From Eledone cirrhosa (lineage: Eukaryota), in NCBI GenBank assembly GCA_964016885.1, contig OZ024740.1:149730001-149794000 (forward strand): 64,000 nucleotides of DNA, written 5' to 3'. The notes beneath the pieces were generated by a model that saw only the letters and a list, made by a program, of their open reading frames with translations, did not search any database and was not told the origin of the DNA. The number at the start of each line of letters is the position of its first letter. Within the stretch, counting starts at the first letter, position 1. Positions 37,478-50,800 of this stretch are shown here, in pieces. The position numbers were made by a program, and so were the translations under genes.

Positions 37478-39238
37478 ACATTCGCAATCCCCACACAAGC
37501 CAGGTTACTGACGACCCCAAGGAATGCGCAGAGCTCATTGCTGAATGCTATGCAGGCATTTTCACTATTGAAGACCAGAGTGTACTATCTCCACCACCTA
37601 TGACACCGGACTCTATTACAACCATGGAATTTACACCTGCAATGCTGCGACGTCACCTAAAAAATAAACGCAACCATGCCTCTCCTGGTCTTGATGGTGT
37701 TACGTACCTGCTTCCTTCTGCACCAGTTATCACGCTTCTTCCAATTCTGTCTGAACAACAGTGCTACTCCAGAACAGTCGAAAACTGCCAGTGGCATTCC
37801 TCTGTTCAAAAAGGGTGACCGCACATCACCTGTGAACTATCGTCCAGTCAGTCTTACTAGTTGCATCGCCAAACTGATGGAATCCTGTGTCAGAGAAACA
37901 CTTTGGAACTTCTGGAGCTCTCACAGTCTTATCCGGCCCTCGCAATTTGGATTTATCCCCAACTCCAGCTGCTGTGATAAACTTATAGAGTTTCTTGAGG
38001 ACATCACCCGGATCACTGATGGCGGCTCATGGGTGGATGTTGTTTACCTTGACTTTGCGAAAGCCTTCAATTCTGTGCCACACAAAAGGCTTATGGCAAA
38101 ACTCTCTGCAATGGGTGTGAAGAATGATCTTTTTAACTGGTTGAAGTCCTTCATTCTCAGTCGAAGAGAGGTAGTCACGGTTCTGGGACAGCATTCCTCA
38201 CCATATGAGATGTCATCTGGTGTACCACAGGGATCTGTTCTTGGCCCCCTTTTGTTTGTGGCATATATTAATGACATAGATGCCAACTTAAAGAATGCCA
38301 CAGTACTAAAGTACGCAGACGACATCAAGCTGTACCTTGAGATAAAAAGGGCAGATCCTAAACACTATAGATGTTGCTTGCAGTCTGACTTGGACACAAT
38401 GCAACAATGGCAACTCAAGCTAGCTGTGGACAAGTGCACCACCATGCATTTTGGGAGTAAAAACCCATCGTCCACATACTCCCTCCACAGCACTAATATC
38501 AAGAAGTCTTCTTGTGAACGTGACCTGGGCATTACAGTCAGCAGCGATTTGCGTTGGACGAGGCACGTCTCTAAAATTGTCAAGAGGGCCAAGGGTGTCT
38601 TAGCATCACTCAGCAAGACCTTTGTCAGCCGCTCTCCAGATATCTATTTAAGGCTGTATATAGCTATGGTGCGGCCACACTTAGAATTTGCATCACCAGT
38701 CTGGAACCCCTATCTTGCTCAGAACATTGACCCCCTGGAAACTGTTCAGAGACGTGCAACCAAGCGGATACCCTCCATCAGGCATCTACCATACTCTGAG
38801 CGCCTTGCTTCCCTGGGCATGGATACATTGAAGCTCCGACGCCTGGCAACTGACTTGGTAAACACCCACAAAATTGTTAACCATGTTGCCAACAACAACC
38901 CTGAGTACCTTTTTGATTTCCATGTGTCTAACACACGTGGACATGCCCACAAAGTAAGAAAACAGCACAGTTCCCATGACTTTCGGAAACATTTTTTCAC
39001 GCTCAGAGTTGCTGAAGCATGGAACAAACTACCTGCATCAGTTGTTAGCTGTCGAGACACTGCATCCTTTAAGGCCTCCATGCTTCCCGAGATCCGCCAA
39101 CACTACAGCTAACACATACACACGTGTACTTCCCTGACATTTGTGTATTATTCTATGTACTATAACATACACCTTTGACGAGTTGTAGTGCACCTGAGCA
39201 GTTTACACAATAATTTCATTATTATCATTATTATTATT
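37478..39238 (+). mobile_element. 5'-truncated CR1-type LINE (RT domain)
   Basis: ORF 37676-39112: NYRPVSLTS, YLDFAKAF, GVPQGSVLGPLLF, YADD, RVAEAWNKLP; (ATT)n tail. Confidence 0.93.
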
Positions 39239-39924
39239 TAAATACACACACGAGGTTATATTCTTTTCTGCTACATTTCTTTTTAATGCATCATAGCATA
39301 TACTACTTAGTTCAAGTGAAAACCACAATGGAATGCTATTTTCACACATGGAAATTTGCTGCTACTACAATACAGACATCCTAGACTGCATCCCCCCAGA
39401 AAGACCATCTGATTGACTGGCTGGAAGTCACTCCTTAATACATGATCACTTTTACCTATAGACATGCTATCGCCTCAATCTGCATTTATACTTTCCTTTT
39501 CAGAAATGGTCAGTTTCATTTCACTTACACTCAGACCCACTGGACTCACTATTCTCTTTTCTTCTCATAACCCATATTATGAGAAGAATTAACCACTACA
39601 TTCATTCCTTGCCCCAAATGTCATTCCCCTGGAATCTTTCCCTGTCCATATTTTTCTTGTAGCTGTCAACTTGTTGTTGTTAACCTTTTCATACCAACTT
39701 GCCTGAAACTGCTCTGCATTTATGAAACAAAACTGCTCATTTTAAAATGTTTATCTATATTAAAACCTTTCATTATAATTTTATTTTCGAATTTTTTTTT
39801 TTTATTAAGTAATGTTTGAAGTACCAGTTTACAAATGAAAAAATAGTTTATTGAATTCTAACGAATTTTTGGTTATTTTCAAAATTCATTGAAATAGATA
39901 GGCAATGTATTTCATTGGAAATCC

Positions 39925-42900
39925 TCATCATCATTTAATGTCTATCTTCCATGCTAGCATGGGTTTAGACGGGAATTGTCCCACTTGAGACAAGATTAGT
40001 CGTCTCGCTTGTATAGGACTGTCTGGCGGGTTTTCTACGGCTGGATGCCCTTACTAACACCAACCACGCTTACAGTGTGGACTGGGAGGTTTTTACCATG
40101 TTACCTACATGGCCACATTACAGCGTGGACTGTGCTTTTTGTCGTGACACCTACACAACCTCATTTATTTAGAACTGGATGTTGTGGTACCAACATAACT
40201 TTACAGCGAAAGGGGTGGTGTAGATGGGGGTGTGCGTTGGGTTCGTGGGATGGGGGTGTATTTTTCGTTCAGAGGTGCCTACTGACTGTAGGTTTCGCTT
40301 TGTACTTAGGCAAGGCAGGTCTTCTGTATGACATTGTCTTGGAGAGGTGTAAGTGTGTAAGGTCGGAATTTATCAAATCGTCCCAGGTTTTTCTGGGTCT
40401 GCCTACTCCATAGCTACCATCTATTTTGATCGGCCTGCACTTTTTTTATACAGCTGTCGTCTTTCATGCGCATCACGTGACCATACCAATGTAGTCTTCT
40501 CTCAAGTAAACAGCATCTGATCCCTCTTATTCCTAATTTCTCACTTAGTTCATTTATGCTTTGCCGTTCACGTATTACACATCCAACGGAGCATGCAAGC
40601 TTTGTTCCTCTCCAGTCTGCGCAGATCCTCTGCACACAAGGCCCATGTCTCACTGCCATGTAACATTGCTGTTCGTATACAGGCATCATACAGTCTGCCT
40701 TTCATTTTTAGAAAGAAACCTTTAGCGGCCAATAGTGGTATAAGCTCTCTGAACTTTTTCCATCCCGTTCTGACTCTAGCTACTGTACTTTCAGAGCACC
40801 CTCCACCACTGATGATTTTGTCACCCAGGTAACAGAAGGTGTCCACTATTTTTATAGAACCATCTGGGCAATGGAAGGAGCTAGTATCCTGTGGGCACTT
40901 ACTACTACTTATTGCACCTGAGCACCTGCCACATATAAAATCTATGTTGTTAGTTAGCTTACCTGTGATCCCACTACATCTTTTATAATAATAATAATGA
41001 AATTATTGTGTACAGTGCTCAGGTGCACTACAACTCATCAAAGGTGCATGTATAGTACATAGAATAATGTACAAATGTCAGGAAAATAAACAGTGTATGA
41101 GTCATGATATAATAACAATAATGAAATATTGTGCACAGTGCCCAGGTGCACCACAACCCATCAAAAAAGTGCATGTACAGTACATAGGGCAATGCACAAA
41201 CATCAGTAAAATGAACAGTGCACGAGTCATGATACACACGTGTGCATGTGTATGGAAGGGGCACATCAGGTGTAGTTTTGGCGTATTTCGGGAAGCATGA
41301 GTGTCTTAAAGGATGCAGTGTCTTGGCAGCTAACAATTGACGCAGGCAGTTTGTTCCATGCTTCAGCAACTCTGAGCGTGAAAAAATGTCTGCGAAAGTC
41401 ATGGGAGCTGTGCTGTTTTCTTATCTTGTAGGCATGTCCACGTGTGTTAGACACATGGAGATCAAAGAGGCGCTCAGGGTTGCAGTTGGCGAGATGGTTA
41501 AAAACTTTGTGGGTATTCACCAAGTCCATTGCCAGACGTCGGAGCTTCAATGAATCCATGCCCAGGGAAGCAAGGCGTTCAGAGTATGTAGGTGTCTGAT
41601 GGAGGGTATGCGCTTGGTTGCACGTCTCTGAACAGTTTCCAGGAGGTCAATGTTCCGAGCAAGATAGGGGTTCCAGACTGATGATGCGAATTCCAAGTGT
41701 GGTCGCACCATAGCTGTATACAGTTTTAAATAGATGGCTGGAGAGCGGCTAACAAAGGTCTTGCTGAGTGATGCCAAGACACCCTCGGCCTTCTTGACAA
41801 TCTTAGAGACATGCTTTGTCCAACGCAAATCGTTGCTGACAGTAATGCCCAGGTCACGTTCACAAGAGGACTTTTTGATGTCAGTGTTGTGGAGGGAGTA
41901 TGTGGACGCTGGATTTTTCCTTCCAAAATGCATGGTGGTACACTTGTCCACAGCCAGCTTCAGTTGCCAGTCTGTGATCCATTGCTGCATTGTGTCCAGG
42001 TCTGATTGTAGGAAAGAGTTGTAAATTTCAGGATCAGTCCTTTTGATTTCAAGGTACAGCTTGATGTCATCTGCATATTTTAGTACCGTGGCATTCTGTA
42101 AGTTGGCATCTATGTCATTAATATATGCCACAAACAAAAGAGGACCAAGAACAGATCCCTGTGGTACACCAGATGACATCTCATATGGTGAAGAATGCTG
42201 TCCTAGAACCGTGACTACTTCCTTTCGGCTGAGAATGAAGGATTTCAGCCAGTCGAAAAGATCATCCCTCACACCCATTGCAGAGAGTTTTGCCATAAGT
42301 CTTTTGTGTGGCACAGAATTAAAAGCCTTAGCAAAGTCAAGGTAAACAACATCCACCCATGAGCCGCTGTCAGTGATCCGGGTGATGTCCTCAAGGAACT
42401 CGATAAGCTGATCACAGCAGCTGGAGTTAGGGATAAATCCAAACTGTGAAGGCCGGATGAGGCTGTGAGAGCTCCAGAAGTTCCAAAGTGTTTCTCTGAC
42501 ACAGGATTCCATCAGTTTGGCCATACAGCTAGTAAGACTGACTGGACGATAGTTGACAGGTGACATGCGGTTGCCCTTTTTGAACAGGGGAATGACACTG
42601 GCAGTTTTCCACTGCTCCGGAGTAGCACCATTGCTGAGACAGTATTGAAAGAAAAAAGAAAGCTGGCGCAAAAGGAAATCCCCGCCATGTTTGAGAAGCA
42701 GGTATGTCACACCATCAAGACCAGGGGAGGCATAGTTGCGCTTATTCTTAAGGTGACGTCGCAACATTGCAGGTGTAAATTCCATAGTTGTTATGGAATT
42801 TGATGTGAGAGATGGTGGAGATGGTACATTCTGGTTTTCAACAGTAAAAATACTTGCATAGCACTCAGCAATGAGTTCTGCGCATTCCTTGGGATCGTCA

Positions 42901-45622
42901 GTGATCTGGCTTGTGTGGGGATTGCGAAGAGGATCATCTGGAGAGTGAGGTCTCTGCTTTGAATGAACTTATTTCCAGAACACCTTACTGTCAGGATTGG
43001 TTGCGATGCACTGTTCAAATTCAAGCACTGCCTTCTTTGTCACTTGCTTGAGATGGTTAGAAGATTTATTCTGCTTTTTTCTGTTGGCATCTGATCTATG
43101 CAGTTTATATTCCCGTTCAGCGTTCCGACGTTCTTTCCTGGCAAGTCGGACCGCTGAAGTTTCCCAGATTGCACTTTTGGGGTGGTTATTTTTCCGCTTC
43201 CGTGGCACTGATGCTGCACACGCTATCCATATTGAGTCCAGGATGCTCTGGAGTATAGAGTTCACATTTCCAGAGTTATACATCTCATGCCAGTTTGGGC
43301 GCTGTAGCTCAGTGCAGTACAAGTTCCAATCCGCCCTCTTCCAATCAAAGCAAGCAGATTGGAGATGGCTCTGGTTTTTGTTGTTGCCCTCAAGTGCCAG
43401 ATTGGCAATGATCATAGCATGATCAGAGTCGCCTAGAGGTTCCTCAGTAGTACAACTGATAACCACTTCAGGAGTAGTGGTGAAGATCAGGTCCAAAGTG
43501 TTGTCACCTCTTGTTGGAGAGGTGACTACTTGTGACCAGTTTGAGTCCAGCACTAGTTCAAGGAAATCGTTTGCACCCTGTGGCCAACGAAAGGTTTCCC
43601 AATCGATCTCAGGATGATTGAAGTCACCTGCACCCATACTTTGCATTAGGGACATAAAATGGAGTTTCTGCCTACTCCTTTTCTACACACTGAGCATGGC
43701 CATTTGCCAGAGGGGACCAGTGCCCTATTTTCCTTCCTACATACTAGAACTTTAGTCTTAGACAAGTTAATTTTAAGGTCTTTTGATTCTAGGCCATGCT
43801 TCCATGTTTGGAATTTCTTCTCTAGTTCAGCTCTGAGCGTTAGATCATCTGCATATAGATGTTCCCATGGGCAGCCGGTCTTGAACTCCTCTGTTACAGC
43901 CTGAAGGGCAATAATAAATAGGAGGGGGCTAAGGACAGAGCCCTGATGAACACCAACTTTTACGCTAAACTCTTCACTATATTCGTTGTTAATTCTAACC
44001 TTGCTGACTGTTTCTTTATACATGGCTTGTATAGCTCTCACAAGCCATTCATCTACACCTAGTTTTCTGAGAGCCCACCAGATAATGGAGCAGGGGACTC
44101 TGTCAAAGGCTTTCTCCAAGTCAACAAAAGCTAAGTATAGGGGTTTACTTTTAGCTAGGTACTTCTATAGTTGTCGTACAAGGGAAAGAGCATATCTGGT
44201 ACTTTTACCTGACACAAACCCAAACTGCATTTCATCTAGCTCAATTGATTAGTTGCGCTATAACTTTTTCTGTGACCTTCATGACCTGGTCAATTAATTT
44301 AATGCCTCTATAGTTTCCCCTATCTAGGGCATCTCCTTTACCCTTGTAGCAATTAATGATGATGCTGCTACGCCAGTCGTTTGGTATGACCCTATTCTGT
44401 ATGACTTGGTTTACTATCCGGGTGACCATAGTGTGTCGCACCGTTCCAGATGCTTTCAGCATTTCAGCAACTATCTCCGAAGGCCCAGCCACCTTGCTTG
44501 TCTTCATATCTTTGATTGCCTTACTTATTATACTACCTTCAACTTGCACTGCTGGTCCCTCATTTAGTAGCCTCTCGTAGTGACACTTCCAAGCTACCTT
44601 CTTACCAGCGTCAGTGATGGCCAGTACACCATCATCATTACAGACACACTTCTCTCCGACAATATCACGGTTTTCCTTAACACATTGCCTAGCAATCCTG
44701 AACACCTCACGTTTTTGGTCCTCGCATTGTAGAACATGCTTGAACTTTCTTTCCTCTGCTTCCCTTCTTGCGAAGTACACTTGTCTCCTAGCTTCCTTCC
44801 TGGCCACTTGATAGTCTTCTCTACTCCCCCCATCCTGCCATACTTTCCAAGCCTGCTTTTTGGCCTTGATTGACTCCTCCATCTTACTGTTCCACCACCA
44901 AGTTACTCTCCTCCTGCCTATAGGTCTGCTCCAGTCACAGATTTCATCTGTCGCCTTCAGCAGGTTAGCTTTCAGGAATTCCCACTGTTTCTCTCTATAT
45001 TGTACGACTCTAATTGCTCTTCCTTACTGTTAAAAGCATCAAGTAATATGCTTTTAAATTTATTACTGGCTGTGGGGGTCCTTTAACTTCCATATTCTTC
45101 TCCTTAGGGTAGTCCTCCTCTGTTGTTGAGTACATCTCGTCCTGACTATGAGGTCACTAACTATGAGGCTATGTTGGGAGGTGCATTCTTCATGGGGGAG
45201 GGATTTAGTGTTTACAACTGACACTCTGTCATGTCTTCTGGTAAGGATATAATGTATCTGACTGGTGTGTTCCCCTGATCTATAGGTGATCAAGTGATTG
45301 TTTCATTTTTTGAAGTTTGTGTTACAGATAGTTAGGTTATTTGCGTCACAGAATTCCAGGATTTTGGAGCCTTCCTCATTTCTAGTACCAAACCCATAGC
45401 CTCCATGGATTCCATCATAGCCGTCACAATGTTGTCCATCATGACCATTTAGGTCGCCAGCAATAATTATGTAGTCACTGTCGGTTATTTGGGAGGTAGT
45501 GAGCATTAGCGACTCATAGAATCTGTATTTTATAATGTCAGGTAGGCCAGATTGGGGTGTGTACGCGGATATTATTGTGACAGTAGTTCTATTTAGGACA
45601 AGTCTTATTTTAATTATTCTGA
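39925..45622 (-). mobile_element. RTE LINE (EN + RT, frameshifted), split by a CR1 insertion
   Basis: AGDLNGH, NYRGIKL, EKAFDRVP, YADD in minus-strand ORFs 43646-45506; continues at 40986-39925 to the (GAT)n tail. Confidence 0.93.
40987..43629 (-). mobile_element. CR1-type LINE (partial APE endonuclease + RT) nested in the RTE
   Basis: GDFNHP, PTRGDNTLDL, SDH; RT ORF 41547-42785; (TAT)n tail at 40987. Confidence 0.95.
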
Positions 45623-47039
45623 TATGGTAGTGAAAGGGTTTAGAAATGACATCAACCTCATCACTGTCACTGATCTCAGGGAGCCTGAAAAGACTTTTGG
45701 CACAGTCGCTTCCTTAAAACCAAACTATTAAAAACAAAGTGACTCTAGTTGATAATAATGATTTCTAATTTAGGCACAAGGCCAGTAATTTGGGAGGAAG
45801 ATGTCGGTTAAATCAACTCTAGTACTGGACTGACTTTATTTTATCAACCCTGGAAGGATGATATGCAAAATTGACCTAGGTGGGATTTGAATTCAAAACA
45901 TAAATCAAATAATAAATCAGATGATAATGAATGAGAATAGCTCAAAAATACATAGAATTATATATAAATATTTATAGTTTCCAATATACTCTATCAAGGT
46001 AAACTAATATTTTGCTATGGCTTTCTATAACAAATCTTTTATCCTCTAACCATCATTCTAAATGTGACCTTTTAATCTTCTTCCCTAGCAAAGTATATCA
46101 AGGATGAACTTATCCAGTATATTTAATCATTTTAAGATGATGAGTTGATGTTTTAGGGATATTTGGCTGCTATTTTATCCAGGTTAAGTGAGCATGTAAA
46201 AGTTTCCTCATTTGTTTAGCAACAATTCTTAACAACTGCATAAAACACAAAATTCTGCACACAGTCCACATTGAAAACAAACATATTAATAGATGAAAGA
46301 CAACTTAGACATGCCAATGGGACACAGCTTGTTGTTGAAGCAAAATATGATGCTCACAGTCCCTGCCACTATTTGCACAATCAACCTTAAATAAACAGAT
46401 GTCTGCAACAATAATATAACAGCTTCCTAAAAACATTAACTCTTCTACTCATTTCAGAATAAAACATCTAAAAAAACAACAAAAGAAGCCAAGGGCAGAG
46501 GTTGTGAGAGCTGATCCCAAATTGCTGATGCTCACACAAAAGATAAATGTTTACAAGTAGAGGAATGTGAGCTGGAAGAGAACCATCCAATCTATGCAAC
46601 CAGGGAAAAGTTAATGTAAAATGATGATAATGATGTGGAGGATAATGATATATATATATAGTACTAAGATACATACACAAATACATAAGTATAAATATAT
46701 GTGTGGTATCCTTTACCAGTTTTGTTCAATGACTGAAAGAATTAAAATAATCATTTAATCAGTGCTATCTATCAAATTATAAATGTGAGGAAATGATAGA
46801 CAAAATGTACCTACTTTTTCTCCAAAGTCCTGACAGCAGTTTCACCTACTGGTTTGTAGCCATTGTGCACCAAGGCTGTGGGGGTACCGGCTTTTCAAAT
46901 GACCCCTCAAGTGCATGGATTACTTCTTGAACTGACCATTACAATTGAATAAATCTTGGGAAGGAGAAATTATCACATGATATTCCGATAATTATTCACT
47001 TGTAATGGTCATTCCAAGAAGAAGTCCATCCACTTGAGA

Positions 47040-47465
47040 CAAAGAATGCATGAGCTGAAGAAAAAAACTGGGTGTAAGAGGAATCAAATGATGTGTGCAG
47101 GACAGAAAACCATGCTGGTAATGACACGTGATGCGCATAAATGATGATCATTTGGTGAAGACGTAGGTAGAGGATGTGAGAGCTAATCTCAAGTGGCTAA
47201 AGCTCACTGTTTTATCATGGCATCACTGTTAGTGTTGATACAACTGATGAGTCCTCGCAATCTTCAGCTCTGATAAGGACATACCAACAACCCTTGTGCT
47301 GGTGAGATCGCTCCAACACCAAACCCATCTGAGCACTCAGTAAAGTGCAAGAACAAATTTAAGTGACATCCAGGCTCCTAGCCCATCTGAGGTCAGTATA
47401 TCTACCCAAGCACTGATCCATTCAACCCATGCTAACAGGAAAAATAGACGTTAAATGATGATGAT
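47040..47465 (+). mobile_element. Degraded RTE 3' fragment
   Basis: KLG.RGI..CVQ..R..W.GHVMR remnants; aaaatagacgttaaat(gat)n tail. Confidence 0.65.
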
Positions 47466-47819
47466 ATAGTAAGAACGAGAACTCAATTTGGTAGAATTAG
47501 TTGCATTGTGCTTTTTAGTTAATACTACTGTTTTGCCATCGATCCAATTTAGATTCCAGCGGCTCCTCCTCGTGTACACCATCTTAAACATGAAATTGTT
47601 ACATGAAAACCGGACGAAAATGCGGTTAGAGTAGAGGTTATTGTGTTATTAAAAAGTGATGTATGGGAATTAAATACGTTTAAACTGTGCTTCGAGTTAT
47701 TTCCCCTCAGGCTGCTTCAACAATCATCTGTGGTGATCTCTTGAAATGGCCAAGAGAATTTAGCATATGAACAAACCAACAGCAAGATGTATATATATAT
47801 ATATATGTATGTATATGTA

Positions 47820-50800
47820 TACCATGCGGTATTCTAATCCTATTGTATCTCTCTCAGTTATTTACCATGCGACCCTCAGTTCCTACCCCCCCCCCTCTCT
47901 ATGCACTTCTTTAAGGCTTACTACCCTGTCTTTAACCTAATTCATTCAAACTGAAAATATTGAAGAGATAAGACACTTTCCCATTCTTCTCTGCTAAAAT
48001 GTATCACTAGAGCTGATTCCAATTTTTCCAGCCATCCATCTAATCTACGAAGGTATTTTAGCCTACATATTGTCGTTAATATTATGATGTTCCCTGCTGT
48101 ATTAGCGTTAAATTTTCCCTGCTGTATTAGCGATAAATTTTCGAGGGTTTCTCTTAGTAGTTTTTTCATGACGTTATTATTGTTAATTTTACTGATGTAG
48201 TATTAACTTATTAACTTGGATATTTACCATGCGGTATTCTAATCCTATTGTATCTCTCTCAGTTATTTACCATGCGACCCTCAGTTCCTACCTCACAACC
48301 CCCCCCCCCACACACCACCATAGTCTATTCGACCAATCAAACCTAGCATGCCATTTCCACTGCTGCTGCTACTACCTGCCTAACTAACTCTCTCCTCCTC
48401 TGGCGCATCCCAACACACCCTGCCATTACCCCACCACCACTGTTCTTCTAGCCCTCAATTTTCCCACCGTTATGGATGGATGAGCTGGGAATACACGAGC
48501 AACTCTGAATCAATAGATGAAATATGAATCTGCGAGCTACCAAGCACCCACGTGAAGCGCCAACCCAGAGACCCTCCCCTACGAGTGTCGACAAATGCCC
48601 AAAACTCCGAGTTGGTACCATCAATGTAGGCTCAATGAAAGGAAGAGCAGGAGAAATCGTAGAAATGCTAGAGCGAAAGGAAGTTGATGTATGCTGTGTG
48701 CAAGAGACTAGATGGAGAGGAGGGTCTGCTAGAGTCCTTGTAGGAAAAAGCCAGTGCTACAAATTTTTCTGGGTGGGAAATGACGATGGGATGGGTGGTG
48801 TAGGTATACTATTAGCTGACAAGTGGGTAGATAAAGTAATCTCAGTGTACAGGGAAAATGCAAGAATCATTAAACTCAGACTAGTCCTGAATAAGACAAT
48901 TACCACAATAATATCAGCTTACGCACCCCAATCGGGGCTGCCAGACGAACTTAAGGATAGGTTTTACGAGTCCCTAATACACACTACTGCTCTAACAGAC
49001 GACAAGGACTTCCTAATCATTGCAGCAGATTTTAACGGACACGTAGGTAAACACTGCGACGGCTTCAATAGAGTACATGGAGGCCATGGAGTTGGCACAA
49101 GGAATGAGGAAGGATTCAGACTTCTAGAATTCTGCGACGCCAATGACATGTCGATATGTAACACAAACTTTAAAAAACCCGACAACCACCTGATCACCTA
49201 TAGATCAGGGGAGCACTCTAGTCAGTTAGATTTTATCCTCATCAGAGGACGTGACAGATGGACGGTCGTAAACACAAAAGCCTTCCCTAGTGGGGAATGT
49301 ACATCCCAACATAGCTTAGTTGTCAGCGACCTCACGGTCAGAACTAGACGAGCCCTGAAACAGAGGCCAACCTGGAGAAGAAAGATCTGGAAGCTGAAAG
49401 TCCCCTCAACCAGTAACAGATTTAAAGATATTTTACTCAACGCCCACGACAGTAAAGAAGAACAGATAGAGACATTTAACGTAGAAGAGAACTGGGAGTT
49501 CCTAAAAAATAACTTACTAGAGGCGACGGATGAGGTTTGTGGCTGGAGTAAGACCTCAAGCAGGAGGAGAGTGACTTGGTGGTGGAACAATAAGGTAGAT
49601 GAAGCAGTCAAGGCCAAGAGACAGGCATGGAAAGAATGGAAGAACGGGGGGAGCAGGGTACATTACATAGAGACCAAGAGGGAAGCTAGGCGACAAGTAT
49701 ACTTAGCTAGGAGGGAAGCAGAGGATAGAAAATTCAAGCATGTTTTACAACGTGAGGACCAGAAATAGGAGGTATTCAAGATTGCGAGGCAGTGTGTCAG
49801 AGATAGTTGTGATGTCATTGGAGAGAAGTGTATCCGGAATGATAAAGGTGAGCTTGCCCTCACAAGTGCTGAGAAGAAAGATGCATGGAAGAGTCATTAT
49901 GATAGATTACTAAATGAGGAGAATGCATGGGAAGAAGAGACCCTACCCCACGTAGACCCTATAGAGGGACCAGCAGTACAAGTCAGCGGCAGCGTAGTAA
50001 GTAAGGCAATCAGAGATATGAAGATAGGGAAGGCAACCGGTCCATCGGGTATAGCTGCCGAGATGCTGAAGGCATCTGGGTCTGTAGGTCACACTATAAC
50101 CACACGTATCGTTAACCAGGTAATACTAGAGGGGGCCATACCAAAAGATTGGTGCAGTAGCATCATTGTCAACTGCTACAAAGGTAAAGGCGATGCACTA
50201 GATAGAGGAAACTATAGAGGTATAAAGTTGATGGACCAGGTCATGAAAGTAACAGAAAGAGTTATAGCACAGCTGATTAGGGACCGGGTGAATATAGACG
50301 AGATGCAATTTGGGTTTGTACCAGGGAAAGGCACCACTGATGCCCTCTTCCTTGTGAGGCAATTACAGGAAAAGTACCTAGCTAAAAGTAAGCCACTCTA
50401 CTTGGCATTTGTCGACCTTGAGAAAGCCTTTGACAGAGTTCCACGTGCAGTAATCTGGTGGGCTCTTAGAAAACTAGGAGTAGATGAATGGCTTGTGAAA
50501 GCGGTACAAGCCATGTATAGGGGAGCAGTCAGCAAAGTTAGGATTGGCAATGAGTATAGCGAGGAATTTAGCGTACAGGTTGGGGTCCACCAGGGCTCTG
50601 TTCTTAGCCCTCTCCTGTTCATCATAGTCCTGCAGGCAATAACGGAGGAGTTTAAGACCGGATGCCCATGGGAACTCCTGTATGCTGATGACCTCGCACT
50701 CATAGCTGAATCTATGGTAGAACTAGAGAATAAATTCCAAACCTGGAAACAGGGACTAGAGAGAAAGGGCCTCAAAGTCAACATGACAAAGACTAAGGTC

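Noticed and set aside
42969-43655. 228-aa ORF starting MSLMQSMG as a novel gene
   Set aside because: Chimera across the RTE/CR1 junction; the body is a truncated CR1 endonuclease
48225-48523. HDV-like ribozyme in the RTE 5' UTR
   Set aside because: Known in some RTEs, but I could not identify the nested pseudoknot by eye
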